DNA from: an uncultured Armatimonadetes bacterium
GTDB taxonomy: Bacteria; Armatimonadota; UBA5829; DTJY01
DNA length: 64,000 nt
Reading direction: 5' to 3'
Assembly: GCA_963717145.1 (NCBI GenBank)
Contig: OY970325.1
Location: 3,872,001 to 3,936,000 of the forward strand
Shown here piece after piece: positions 18,638 to 28,472 of the stretch (position 1 is the first letter of the stretch; every line of letters starts with the position of its first letter). The notes under the pieces are model-generated. The model had not been told where the DNA came from. It saw only the letters and a list, made by a program, of their open reading frames with translations, and searched no databases. A program made the translations under genes and the position numbers.

Positions 18638-19609
18638 TCATTCATCACGCTTCGCCGCTTCGATGATCTGGAACGCCATCTGCAGCGTCTTCACATTGTC
18701 CTCGATGGAGCATTCGGGCGTCCTGTCCTCCTCGATCGCCGATGTGAACTCCCGAAGCACGCCGTTCCTGGTATACGCCGGCGGGTCGATCTCCGGGCCG
18801 TCGATCTCCGTTTGCTGACCGTCTCTGATGATGGACGACATCACGCCATCGGTGAGCAGTGCGCCGCGCTCGAACTCCAGATGCCAGCGCCCGTACCAGT
18901 CGGTTTCGCCGTGATGCGCTGCCCATCCTGCGAAGTAGTTCACCGTCACCTCGCCGGGGAACTCCATCACGCATTCCGCGCACGCATCCGCCTTCGTCCA
19001 GCTCCAGGGCGGGTTCCAGGTCTTCGCCCATATCTTCTCCGGTTCGGCGCCGATCGCAAACCTCATCAGGTCCAGGTGGTGGACGCACATCCCGAGGACG
19101 AGCCCATGAGGCATCTCCACGATGTGATGGCCCTGCATGTTCTCCGCCATGTGGTAGTAGACGTTCATGTATCCGAGCCCGCCAAGCTCGCCGGATGCGA
19201 TCGTCCGGCGCATGAGTTCCGATCCCGGGTACCAGCGGTAGTTCTGCCCGACCATGAGCTTGATTTTGCTCTGCCGATGCGCCTCCAGGATAGCCGTCAT
19301 CTCATCAGGGTAGATGGTCAGCGGCTTGTCGGCGAGGACGTGCAGGCCTGCGTCCATCGCGGCGATGATGTCCCCGGCGCGCCCCTTGTCCGGCGGGGTT
19401 AAGATGAACGCGGCGTCGGCCTCGACGTTCCCGAGCGATTCGTCGAGCGTGGCGTAGCACGATCCCGGTTCCGCGCCGAGGTCACTGACGGCATGATCCA
19501 GCGCGGCCGGATTCACGTCCACCCACGCGGCGATATCCCATCCGCCGTCACGGATCACCCGCGTCCAGCTCGATCCCCATCCACCGAGTCCGACAACGAT
19601 TGCTCTCAT
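18638..19609 (-). CDS. Gfo/Idh/MocA family oxidoreductase
   Basis: VVGLGGWG, HVLADKP, VGQNYRW, HHLDLMR. Confidence 0.9.
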   Translation of the reverse strand: MRAIVVGLGGWGSSWTRVIRDGGWDIAAWVDVNPAALDHAVSDLGAEPGSCYATLDESLGNVEADAAFILTPPDKGRAGDIIAAMDAGLHVLADKPLTIYPDEMTAILEAHRQSKIKLMVGQNYRWYPGSELMRRTIASGELGGLGYMNVYYHMAENMQGHHIVEMPHGLVLGMCVHHLDLMRFAIGAEPEKIWAKTWNPPWSWTKADACAECVMEFPGEVTVNYFAGWAAHHGETDWYGRWHLEFERGALLTDGVMSSIIRDGQQTEIDGPEIDPPAYTRNGVLREFTSAIEEDRTPECSIEDNVKTLQMAFQIIEAAKRDE

Positions 19610-19721
19610 GCCTTGCTCTCCGAGATATGCATGGCACTAGTTTACCAGAGGATCGGTTGGATTGGAAGCAGCAGGTCTGAAGGAATAACATCCTGAGACG
19701 GACAATGGTGGATTACCAAGT

Positions 19722-20207
19722 ATGCGGAGGAAGGTGTTGGCGAAGAGGACACTTCTGGTTGTATCAGCGATTCTTGTGGTAGCAGCGGTGATCTGTGGCT
19801 GCAGTTCCGGCAGCAAGATCGCCCAGGACGCGGTTCTGGCGCGAGATATCCTTGATTCAGTCTACGCGGGCTCCCTGACACCGCTCAGAGCGAAGATCGA
19901 TCCTACCTATGCCAAGATGATGCCGGATTTCGTGTCCGCAGGGACAGCATCGGTACTCAAGAAGGACTTCGGTCAGAGCAAGTCGGTCGCGTTCAAATCG
20001 TCCAGGAGGATTCAGTTGGGCGCAACCCAAGCGATCTGGACGGTGAGCGGATCTATTGCCTCTTATGAGATGAAGCTGGTTTTCGATAAGTCGGACAAGC
20101 TGATAGACATCGGTTTCAAGCCGGTGTCGGATCCAAAGTGGTCTACGGCGACCGAGATGGGGATCAGCCATGCGAAACAGCAGAAGAAGGCCGGGGCCGG
20201 TCGGTAA
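19722..20207 (+). CDS. Hypothetical lipoprotein
   Basis: Basic N-terminus, hydrophobic core, ICGC lipobox-like motif. Confidence 0.6.
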   Translation: MRRKVLAKRTLLVVSAILVVAAVICGCSSGSKIAQDAVLARDILDSVYAGSLTPLRAKIDPTYAKMMPDFVSAGTASVLKKDFGQSKSVAFKSSRRIQLGATQAIWTVSGSIASYEMKLVFDKSDKLIDIGFKPVSDPKWSTATEMGISHAKQQKKAGAGR

Positions 20208-20232
20208 GAGAGTCGGCATCAATCGCGGTTGA

Positions 20233-21570
20233 TTACCCCAGAACCGCCTTCACGACCGCGCAGATGTCCCCGACCACCGAGCGGAGTTCGTCCATGTCGG
20301 GACCCTCGGCCATGACGCGGATGAGCTTCTCCGTGCCCGATGCCCGCACGAAGACCCGTCCCTTGCCCTTGAGCCGTTCCTCGCCCGCATGGATCGCCGC
20401 CTGGACTTCCGCGTTCTGCTCCCAGCCGGTCCGATCGCGGACAGGGACGCTTTCGAGCAACTGCGGGAACTCCTCCATCTGTCCCGCAAGCTCCGAGAGC
20501 GACTTGCCGCTCTCGATCATCACGTTCAGCACCTGAAGCGCGGTGATCATCCCGTCGCCGGTCTTCGTGTACTCGCCGAAGATCAGGTGCCCCGACTTCT
20601 CGCCGCCGAGCATCGCCCCTCGACGCCTCATCTCCTCCGAGACATATCGGTCGCCGACCGCCGCGCGCGCCAACTCGATCCCCGCGTTCTTGAGCGCCAG
20701 TTCGAGGCCGATGTTGCTCATCACCGTGCCGACGACCACGTTCCCCGGCAGACGTCCCTGCTCGGCCATGTGGAGGCCGCAGAACGCCATCACGTGATCG
20801 CCGTCGACCAGGTTGCCCTCCGCGTCGGAGAGAATCGCGCGGTCGGCGTCGCCGTCGAACGAGAAGCCGATCGTCGCGTCCGTCCCGGCGACCAGCTTGC
20901 GGATCCGGTCGGTATGGAGAGCGCCCCCATCACGGTTGATGTTCTCACCATCCGGCTGGGCATTGATGACTGCCACCGCCGCGCCAAGTTCTGCGAAGAG
21001 GTGAGGGGCTATGTTGGACGCCGAGCCGTTCGCGCAGTCGATCGCGATGCTGATCCCGTCGAGCCGATGAGGGAACGTCCGCTTCAGATGCTCGATGTAG
21101 CGGTCCACGAGGAAACTCGCGCGGTACATGCGGCCGACGCCCGGGCCGTCGGGGAACGGAAGCTCGTCGAACCGCCCGACTTGCGCCTCGATCTCGGCCT
21201 CGATGTCATCGGATAGTTTGTGGCCGTCCGGGCCGAAAAACTTGATCCCATTGTCGCGCATCGGATTATGGGAGGCCGAGATGACCACGCCTGCATCGGC
21301 GTCGATCAGCCTGGCGAGGTATGCGACCGCCGGGGTGGGGATGACACCGACGAGGTGGATATCGACGCCAAGCGCGCAGACTCCCGCCGCGAGCGCGCTC
21401 TCCAGCACGTCGCCCGAGATGCGAGGGTCGCGACCGACGAGGATCTTCGCGCCCTCATGTTTGCTGCGCAGGACGTATGCCGCCGCCGCGCCAAGTCGAA
21501 GCGCCAGGTTCGCGCTCAACTCGGTATTCGCCACTCCGCGCACGCCGTCCGTTCCAAAGAGTCGTTGCAT
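20233..21570 (-). CDS. glmM: Phosphoglucosamine mutase
   Basis: LFGTDGVRG, ISASHNP, DGDADR, GGEKSGH, RASGTEKLIRVMAE. Confidence 0.97.
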   Translation of the reverse strand: MQRLFGTDGVRGVANTELSANLALRLGAAAAYVLRSKHEGAKILVGRDPRISGDVLESALAAGVCALGVDIHLVGVIPTPAVAYLARLIDADAGVVISASHNPMRDNGIKFFGPDGHKLSDDIEAEIEAQVGRFDELPFPDGPGVGRMYRASFLVDRYIEHLKRTFPHRLDGISIAIDCANGSASNIAPHLFAELGAAVAVINAQPDGENINRDGGALHTDRIRKLVAGTDATIGFSFDGDADRAILSDAEGNLVDGDHVMAFCGLHMAEQGRLPGNVVVGTVMSNIGLELALKNAGIELARAAVGDRYVSEEMRRRGAMLGGEKSGHLIFGEYTKTGDGMITALQVLNVMIESGKSLSELAGQMEEFPQLLESVPVRDRTGWEQNAEVQAAIHAGEERLKGKGRVFVRASGTEKLIRVMAEGPDMDELRSVVGDICAVVKAVLG

Positions 21571-21587
21571 TCGGGACTCCGATCAGG

Positions 21588-21629
21588 GGAATGAAAAATG
21601 CAAAATGAAAAGTTCAAAAGTCAAAATGG
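21588..21629. repeat. Heptamer tandem array (AAAATGC-like) 3' of the four-helix-bundle gene
   Basis: GGAATGAAAAATGCAAAATGAAAAGTTCAAAAGTCAAAATG. Confidence 0.9.
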
Positions 21630-21649
21630 CGGACGCGGAGGTCCGATGG

Positions 21650-22018
21650 TTAGCGAGATGGCGCGTTGGATTTCGCCGTAATGATCGATTGCGCGACAAT
21701 CTTGCATAGTTGCTCAGCTTCGGAGAGCGCCGATCTGCAATCCACTCCGGACTTGAGTTCCGCGTGCTTGATCAATCTTAGCCAGAATCTCGATTCCCTG
21801 AGTTCCTTGAGGGCGATCCGCAGCTTGTGAATGAAGTCGGCCCGACTCTCTGCCGCACAAGCTTCCTCGTAATTGGCAGCGGAGGATGTGCCGGATCTCA
21901 GAAGCTGTCCGCCAACATGTCTACCGGCGGTAGTTCTGGGGAGAGCGTTCACAACCCGCACGACCTCCACCGCAAAATCGAACAGCCTATCTTCTAGCTT
22001 AGGCACGTCCTCGCGCAT
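21650..22018 (-). CDS. Four helix bundle protein (TIGR02436 / 23S IVS protein / Avd-like)
   Basis: LEDRLFDFA..V..LP..GQLLRSGTSSAANYEEA..AESRADFIHKLRIALKELRESRFWLRLI. Confidence 0.92.
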   Translation of the reverse strand: MREDVPKLEDRLFDFAVEVVRVVNALPRTTAGRHVGGQLLRSGTSSAANYEEACAAESRADFIHKLRIALKELRESRFWLRLIKHAELKSGVDCRSALSEAEQLCKIVAQSIITAKSNAPSR

Positions 22019-22045
22019 AGTTCACCTAGCCTCTGAGACTGATCT

Positions 22046-22090
22046 GCAATTTTGCATTTTGCACTTTACACTTTGCATTTTTCATTTTCC
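22046..22090. repeat. Heptamer tandem array (GCATTTT-like), inverted relative to 21588-21629
   Basis: GCAATTTTGCATTTTGCACTTTACACTTTGCATTTTTCATTTTCC, abutting the cdaR stop codon. Confidence 0.9.
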
Positions 22091-23047
22091 CTATCCGCCC
22101 TCTGCCACGCCGATGCGGACCGTGATGATGGCGACTCGTCCATTCGCGAGCGATGATCCCGGAGGTGCGATGAGTTGAACGCGCTGGGAGAATGTCTTCG
22201 TATGAGGGCCGAGTGCAAGCGGCTCCGTCGATACCGTGCTGATCTCCATCAGCCGTTCCGGGCGGCCGTTCAGCGTGACCGACTGCGGTTTCACCTCGAT
22301 GCCGACGACCTTGTAGGGGAACGCGGGCCGGCCCGCGATGTTCGGGCTGACGAAGACCACCTTGCTGACCGGCGCTCGTTCGAGTTCAAGACGCACCCGG
22401 GCATTCTGCGCGCTGATCGTGACGCCGCCGACCTCCTGCCCCGCTTCGTCAACCGCCTTCATGGGCAGTTCGGCGTCTATCACGCCTCGATCGGACTTGG
22501 TCGCCGGATCGATGGTGACAACGACTCGGCTGACCTTCCGGACCTGTTCCGCCTTGCCGGACACGTTCACGGTACCGGGCGAGATCACCGGGGCGCTGAA
22601 CCTGAAACCCACCGGCGGCGATGATGTGAACTCAGTCTCGACCTTCGCCGACTTCCGCGCTGTTCTCTCGATGTCGATCACTACCTGGGCCGGAGACGGA
22701 GCGGTGGAGACGAGGCCGGTGTAGCCCTCGGGGAGTTTCGCAATCACCGGCAGCCGATAGTGACCCTCGCGCTTCTGGTTCAGGAAGACGTTCGCGGTCA
22801 CCGAATCCGGCTCGGCGACTATCGTGTCGATGTATTCCTTGGGGCCTTCGAGCGTGACCTTGACGAGCTGCGGCTTCGATGTGATCACCAGGCCGCCGCC
22901 CAGGTTGCGCATCGTCACGGGAAGCGACAGTTCACGAGTCACCCGTGCGGCTTGGCGTCCCTGGTCGACGTACTGGTTTACGTACGCCCAGACCAGTATG
23001 GCTATCAGCAGCGAGAGCAGTTTGTAGCCGATGTTATGCTTGATCAT
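22091..23047 (-). CDS. cdaR: CdaR/YbbR family regulator
   Basis: N-terminal KLLSLLIAILVWAYV helix followed by YbbR-like repeats; ATGA overlap with cdaA. Confidence 0.88.
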   Translation of the reverse strand: MIKHNIGYKLLSLLIAILVWAYVNQYVDQGRQAARVTRELSLPVTMRNLGGGLVITSKPQLVKVTLEGPKEYIDTIVAEPDSVTANVFLNQKREGHYRLPVIAKLPEGYTGLVSTAPSPAQVVIDIERTARKSAKVETEFTSSPPVGFRFSAPVISPGTVNVSGKAEQVRKVSRVVVTIDPATKSDRGVIDAELPMKAVDEAGQEVGGVTISAQNARVRLELERAPVSKVVFVSPNIAGRPAFPYKVVGIEVKPQSVTLNGRPERLMEISTVSTEPLALGPHTKTFSQRVQLIAPPGSSLANGRVAIITVRIGVAEGG

Positions 23048-23937
23048 TTCGTTCTCTGGCCGAGACCATCGCTTCCGGTCCAAACCTTCGATAAAGCGGT
23101 CGAGACTCTGCGGCGCAGATGCGATCTGGCATCCCCATCAGGGCCGGCCTGGAACAGGCTGAGCAGTTTCGCTTTCGTCTGCTCGGGGGTCAGCCCTCGC
23201 AGCAGAAGGCCCTCGGTGGAGATGGAAATCGTGCCGGTCTCCTCGGATACCACCAGCACTACCGCGTCGCTCTGTTCAGTGACGCCGACAGCGGCCTTAT
23301 GCCTGGTATGGATCATCGTGCCGATCCTCGGGCTGTCACTGAGTGGGAGGATGCACCCCGCGGCTACGATCCGGTCGCCTCGTACGATCACCGCGCCGTC
23401 GTGCAGAGGGCTACCGGGGTGGAAGATGGTTCTCAGCAACTCGGACGATACTTCGGCGTCGATCGCTTTCCCGGTGGCCAGTATTGTGTCGAGGCCGACC
23501 TCGCGCTCGACGACGATCAGGATGCCGGTCTGCGATCTCGACGCATCGGTGGCGACCTGGGTCAGCTCTTCCACGAGGTTGTTGATGTCCTCGCGGCCAA
23601 GCATGACGAAGCCGTCGCCGAGGAACTTCAGGCGTCCGACCTCCTCGAGCGCGTGCCTCAACTCCGGGTAAAACAAGATGACGAGAGCGACAGGGCCGAG
23701 TGGGAGGAATACCTGCAGCAGCCAGTTGAGCGCCTGCAGGTTGAGCCATTTGCTGATGACCACGGCGAGGGAGAAGATGCCCAGTCCCCAGAGGATCTGC
23801 CAGGCCCTCGTCCCTTTGACGAGCATCATGAGCTTGTAGGTCACGACGGTGACGACGAGTACGTCCGCGACCGTCGTCAGCAGACTCACGTAGTTCACAT
23901 CGGCGAGTTGCGAAAACCAGCCAATAATGGCTCCCAT
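23044..23937 (-). CDS. cdaA: Diadenylate cyclase CdaA
   Basis: Three TM helices, PELRHALEEVG, SPLHDGAV, GCILPL, TRHKAAVG, VSEETG. Confidence 0.95.
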   Translation of the reverse strand: MGAIIGWFSQLADVNYVSLLTTVADVLVVTVVTYKLMMLVKGTRAWQILWGLGIFSLAVVISKWLNLQALNWLLQVFLPLGPVALVILFYPELRHALEEVGRLKFLGDGFVMLGREDINNLVEELTQVATDASRSQTGILIVVEREVGLDTILATGKAIDAEVSSELLRTIFHPGSPLHDGAVIVRGDRIVAAGCILPLSDSPRIGTMIHTRHKAAVGVTEQSDAVVLVVSEETGTISISTEGLLLRGLTPEQTKAKLLSLFQAGPDGDARSHLRRRVSTALSKVWTGSDGLGQRTK

Positions 23938-24028
23938 CCTGCTGCTCCCAATAGTGAAATTCGGTGGAATCTCACCGGGAAAGTATATCATAGGCGCTGT
24001 GCATAATCAACACGAGTCGCAAACCTCC

Positions 24029-24119
24029 CAGGGCGAACGCATCAAGACACGACGATGCTTCGGCAGCAGAGCGAAGTGGCGCTACCGAAGCATCGTCGTG
24101 TCTTGATGCGTTCGCCCTG
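24029..24119. repeat. Long palindrome, 35-bp perfect arms
   Basis: CAGGGCGAACGCATCAAGACACGACGATGCTTCGG (24029-24063) and its reverse complement (24085-24119). Confidence 0.95.
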
Positions 24120-24151
24120 CAGACCTTCCTTCTGTTCTACAGACCGTTTGG

Positions 24152-24180
24152 TTGCACTACGAGTCTGAATACGGTATGAT
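24152..24180 (+). promoter_or_regulatory. Sigma70-type promoter
   Basis: TTGCAC-N17-TATGAT upstream of the deacetylase gene. Confidence 0.6.
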
Positions 24181-24215
24181 CAGGGTGTGACTCATCATCC
24201 CGTCGAGGCTGACCT

Positions 24216-25124
24216 ATGACAGGTTATACCAAACATGGCAGGTTGATCATCAGCGGGGGGCTGGTCGTGTTTCTTCTTGCATCGGTCCTGTCCCTGATGA
24301 TCGTCCGTTCGAACGCCCTCCATGCGAATCGCCCGCACTCCAGTCAGTCTCCCGCGAACCAGGTGACTTCGGTCGCGCCTCAGAAGCATCCGGCTCAGAC
24401 CGTGCCGGTCAGCGAAGCCACTTCGAAGCCCAGTCCTCCTCACACTCCCACGTCAAAGGTCACTGTGCGGACCCCCATGGACCTGGTAGTCGAGGCAAGC
24501 ATCCTCAGGCAGGGCGACCCGGAATCGAAAATGGTGGCGCTGACCTTCGATGACGGTCCGCATCCGGCCTATACCCACCACTTGCTCGCGATTCTCGATC
24601 GCTATCACGTAAAGGCGACATTCTTCGTGGTCGGCAAGATGGCCGCAAGACACCCCGAGTCAGTCCGGGAGATATTCGATGCCGGGCATGTCGTCGGCAA
24701 CCACACGTGGGGTCACCGACGTCTATCCAAGTTGTCGGACCCATCGATCGCCGCCGAGTGGGAGCAGTGCCGGGCGATCCTGTACTCCATCACCGGCGAG
24801 CGCGCTGTCTACTGCCGGCCGCCGGGATGCTCCTCGAGTGCGGATGTCGTCCTTTCCGCCGGGCGTCAGGGGATGACCACGGTGCTCTATACCGTCAACG
24901 GGAGGGACTACTCGCTGCCCGGCAAGAACGTGATCCTGAATCGGTTGCTCAGCCTGGTAAAGGGCGGCGATATCATCCTGCTGCACGACGGCGTTCAGCA
25001 AACGATCGACATCATGCCGAAGCTTATCGAAACCCTCGAATCCCGCGGGTACGAATTCGTGACTGTAGCGCAGATGGATGCATCCCACCCGCCGTCAGCG
25101 AGCCCCAGCCGAGAATCTGATTGA
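24216..25124 (+). CDS. Polysaccharide deacetylase (CE4/NodB), membrane-anchored
   Basis: ALTFDDGP, ATFFVVG, GNHTWGH, RPPG, IILLHDG. Confidence 0.93.
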   Translation: MTGYTKHGRLIISGGLVVFLLASVLSLMIVRSNALHANRPHSSQSPANQVTSVAPQKHPAQTVPVSEATSKPSPPHTPTSKVTVRTPMDLVVEASILRQGDPESKMVALTFDDGPHPAYTHHLLAILDRYHVKATFFVVGKMAARHPESVREIFDAGHVVGNHTWGHRRLSKLSDPSIAAEWEQCRAILYSITGERAVYCRPPGCSSSADVVLSAGRQGMTTVLYTVNGRDYSLPGKNVILNRLLSLVKGGDIILLHDGVQQTIDIMPKLIETLESRGYEFVTVAQMDASHPPSASPSRESD

Positions 25125-25149
25125 CCGGACGGCGAGGATAGGGTATAAT
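25121..25149 (+). promoter_or_regulatory. Sigma70-type promoter
   Basis: TTGACC-N17-TATAAT. Confidence 0.8.
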
Positions 25150-25235
25150 GCCTCTGGTCCCCCCGCACAAAGCTTCACGCCTCCTGCCGTCATGTTGACG
25201 AGCGGACGGTGAAAGTAAGGCAAGGCGTTTTCCCC

Positions 25236-28200
25236 ATGGGCAAGTTGGCGTTCGCGGTACTGCTATTCCTGCTAACCTGTTCTGTCCTCCTCGCGGGCGG
25301 GGGGAGACACAACGTGTTGGTCGTGGTGAATGACAACAGCCCTGTGTCGAAGGCGATCGGCGAGTATTACCGCGCAGCACGAAACATCCCTCCGGCCAAT
25401 GTCTGCCACATCACGTGCTCCACCGACGAGTACAACAGCGACAACTTCGAGAGCGAGATCCTCTATCCTATCGAGAGTTACCTGACTGCGCACGGCCTCG
25501 TGAACCAGATTCAGTATATCGTGCTGACCAAAGGCATCCCACTGAAGGTTTCTTCCACCGGCAACTCCGTCGACAGCAGCCTGTCCCTCGCGTTCCAGAG
25601 GTGGAGCGATGGGGTTAGCCCCTGCATCGAGCGTGCCGACAACCCGTATGTTGCCGTGGACCGAGACTTCGGCGCGTTCAGGGATTCGAGCGCCAACAGG
25701 ATCCCCTGGAGCACTCTTACGCCGCTCCGGGACATTGCTCCCAGAGGCGATGGCGCTATCTTTGCTGTTGGAGGCCGTTTCATCGCCCGGAGCACCAATG
25801 GAGTGGACTGGGAGGAGATGCCTGAGGCCGGCTGTTCCGAGGTGCTGACGCCCCTGACCAGGGCCTATTTCCTCAACGCCACGACAGGTTGGGCGGTTGG
25901 AGAACGGGACACCATCCTGAGGACGGTTGACGGTGGCTCGACCTGGCAGAGAGTCCGAGGTGGGCAGTCATCGGACGAGACCACGCTGTCGGCGGTCTGG
26001 TTCACTTCTGCGACGAACGGGTGGGTTGTCGGGGAAGATCAGTATGGCGAGCCGTTGGCCCTCCATAGCACAGACGGAGGTGTCACCTGGGCTCCGCAGT
26101 CGATCGGCGCCACAAACCCACTGCAAGACGTGTTCTTCACGGACAGCCTGAACGGCTGGGTGGTCGGCGATGCGGATATGCTCCGGTCGACCGATGGCGG
26201 AGAGACTTGGGTATCCGCACGAAACGGCGCGCCGGAGGGAATGCTCAGCAGAGTCTTCTTCGCCGACGCCGACAATGGCTGGGCGACCGGCGCTGAGACT
26301 CTGCTGTGCCGCACCGTAGATGGAGGCGACACGTGGGTGAGGCAGCAGATCCCGGGGCTGCTCGAGCAGACACTGATGGACTGCCATTTCATCGACAGCA
26401 ACACCGGATGGATCGTCACCAACTGCGCTTACGACGAGGGGGAGACCTCGAGCGGGCGGCTTCTGCGCACCACGGATGGCGGCGTCACCTGGACCACTCT
26501 TCAGTCCGGTGAGGTCGATCGGCAGGCCGTCTACTTTGCGGATTCACAGACGGGTTGGTATGTTCAGGCAAGGTCCGACGAAGAACCCTGGAACAACGTC
26601 ATCTACAGGTCGACGGACGGCGGAGCCGGCAGGACAAGGGTTTTTGCCAACCATCCGTGGACGGTGAAGCTCATGTACCTTGTGTGCCGCCTCGATTCCT
26701 ATGAGACCGACACCAGAGACGGCGGAAACGGCGTCCCGGATGACATCGAGGACATGATCGCCGGCTCACTCGCGCCTGATCCGACCGGGCAGTTCGTCAT
26801 CGATGCATCCACAGGCAACTACCAGAGCGGCAATCTCTCCCTGGCAGATACTGCGAGTCGGCTTCTCAGTCGTGGTCTGAACGTGCTCTTCGATCAGAGC
26901 TGGAAGTTCGTGAGTGGCGCTTACCCGGGCATCGGCCAGGTTGCCGGATACGCCGGTTGGGGGAGCAACGACGGGGGGTCATTGTGGAGTTCCGAGTGGG
27001 GCAAACCGAACTTCGCCTGGAAGCCGGGTTCGATCGCCATGTGCTACGTGTCGTCCGACGGCCGATCGTTCAGTAAGCCGCCCGCGTATCTCCGTTGCTC
27101 ATCGAATTCCATACTTGACGAAGGCCGGTCTTTCAGTAATTCGAATGTCATCCAGCTATACAACGTCTATTCCGGCTGGGTTGCGAAACTCCATGATCCG
27201 AGCGGCGACGTCGTTTCCAGCGCGTCCTTCGCGAGCGGCGGGATCGAACTCCCCTGCGCCGGTCCTGCGGAAGGGTACATCCAGGTCTACCGGCCTGATG
27301 GGGTCGCTCCGATATGTGGCGGCAGATACCCCGCCTCCGGCACTGCGACGCTGGTGGGAGGAAGGGCGTACAGATACTCGACCGGGCAGTCCCTCATAGC
27401 GGACTACATCTCTGAAGGCTGTTCCGCCGCCGTGGGCTCCGTGGCCGAGCCGGGGTTCAGGTGCACATACCCGGAACTGACCTTCCCCAGGTACGTGGAC
27501 GGCTATATGTGGGCGGAAAGCGCCTGGATGGGCATAACGTCCACGCCGTGGATGTATCTCGCTGTCGGCGATCCGCTCATGGCGCCCTACGCGACTCCTC
27601 CTTCGGTGAGCATCACCTCGCCCGGACTCGACGGCCAGGTGCTCAACGGCACAGTGGAAGTGGAGGTGACGGCCGCGGATGCGCAGGGGATCGCCAGGGT
27701 CGAGCTATGGGTGGATGACAGGTATCACAGTGCCGTCGCCGGCCCCGGACCGACATTCAGCCTGCCGCTCGACACGGAGTCTCTTTCCGATGGCCCGCAT
27801 ACCCTGGAGGCGATCGCATACGAGGCGGGCAAGGTCGCCACTCAGGCTTACGCGCTGAGGTCGGTCATCACGGCGAATGCGGATTCGGTGACGGACCTGT
27901 TCAGCGTGCCCGATGGAATTCCCGTGCACTTGCAGGCCGCCACTGTCAGCAGAGTGTTTCCATCCACCGGCTACATCTACGTCCAGGAGGGTCAGGCCTC
28001 AGGCATCAGAGTAGTCTCCGGCGAGCTGCCCGCGGAGGGCGAAGTAGTGAGTGTCGTCGGGGTGCTCCACACCGGCGCAGGGGCCGAAAGATACATCGAG
28101 ACCGATACCCTCACTGTCACGTCCGGCGGCGGATCGATCCCGCGCGCGGTGGGCATGGGGAACGGCTCACTCGGAGGGAATTCCCTGGGCAGCGCATCGG

Positions 28201-28472
28201 GCATTTGCAGACGGGCGAAGCCGACCGGTCTCTACAATATCGGCCTCCTCGCGGAGACCTGGGGCAGGATCACCAGCGTCGGGACGGACTACTTCTACAT
28301 GAGTGACGGCAGCGACGCCGGCGGCGTCAAGGTGACATGCTATGGATTCGCCCCGCCCTACGCCATCGGCGACTACGTCAGGACGACCGGCATCAGCTCG
28401 ATGGACGGCGGATTCCGCGCCCTCCTCGTCAACAAGTCCGCAGATGTGCGCCTGCTTTCCCCGAGCCCCTAG
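25236..28472 (+). CDS. Secreted multidomain protein: TIGR03790-like domain with inserted YCF48/BNR propeller, Ig-like domain and shared C-terminal domain
   Basis: Signal peptide; NVLVVVN.NS..S.AIGEYY..AR.IP, YIVLTKGIP, YLVCRLD, GWGSND, VGDPL; repeated T.DGG.TW Asp-boxes; PSVSITSP. Confidence 0.75.
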   Translation: MGKLAFAVLLFLLTCSVLLAGGGRHNVLVVVNDNSPVSKAIGEYYRAARNIPPANVCHITCSTDEYNSDNFESEILYPIESYLTAHGLVNQIQYIVLTKGIPLKVSSTGNSVDSSLSLAFQRWSDGVSPCIERADNPYVAVDRDFGAFRDSSANRIPWSTLTPLRDIAPRGDGAIFAVGGRFIARSTNGVDWEEMPEAGCSEVLTPLTRAYFLNATTGWAVGERDTILRTVDGGSTWQRVRGGQSSDETTLSAVWFTSATNGWVVGEDQYGEPLALHSTDGGVTWAPQSIGATNPLQDVFFTDSLNGWVVGDADMLRSTDGGETWVSARNGAPEGMLSRVFFADADNGWATGAETLLCRTVDGGDTWVRQQIPGLLEQTLMDCHFIDSNTGWIVTNCAYDEGETSSGRLLRTTDGGVTWTTLQSGEVDRQAVYFADSQTGWYVQARSDEEPWNNVIYRSTDGGAGRTRVFANHPWTVKLMYLVCRLDSYETDTRDGGNGVPDDIEDMIAGSLAPDPTGQFVIDASTGNYQSGNLSLADTASRLLSRGLNVLFDQSWKFVSGAYPGIGQVAGYAGWGSNDGGSLWSSEWGKPNFAWKPGSIAMCYVSSDGRSFSKPPAYLRCSSNSILDEGRSFSNSNVIQLYNVYSGWVAKLHDPSGDVVSSASFASGGIELPCAGPAEGYIQVYRPDGVAPICGGRYPASGTATLVGGRAYRYSTGQSLIADYISEGCSAAVGSVAEPGFRCTYPELTFPRYVDGYMWAESAWMGITSTPWMYLAVGDPLMAPYATPPSVSITSPGLDGQVLNGTVEVEVTAADAQGIARVELWVDDRYHSAVAGPGPTFSLPLDTESLSDGPHTLEAIAYEAGKVATQAYALRSVITANADSVTDLFSVPDGIPVHLQAATVSRVFPSTGYIYVQEGQASGIRVVSGELPAEGEVVSVVGVLHTGAGAERYIETDTLTVTSGGGSIPRAVGMGNGSLGGNSLGSASGICRRAKPTGLYNIGLLAETWGRITSVGTDYFYMSDGSDAGGVKVTCYGFAPPYAIGDYVRTTGISSMDGGFRALLVNKSADVRLLSPSP

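Noticed and set aside
21650-22018. Diversity-generating retroelement (Avd-like protein)
   Set aside because: No reverse transcriptase or TR/VR pair was seen in the window.
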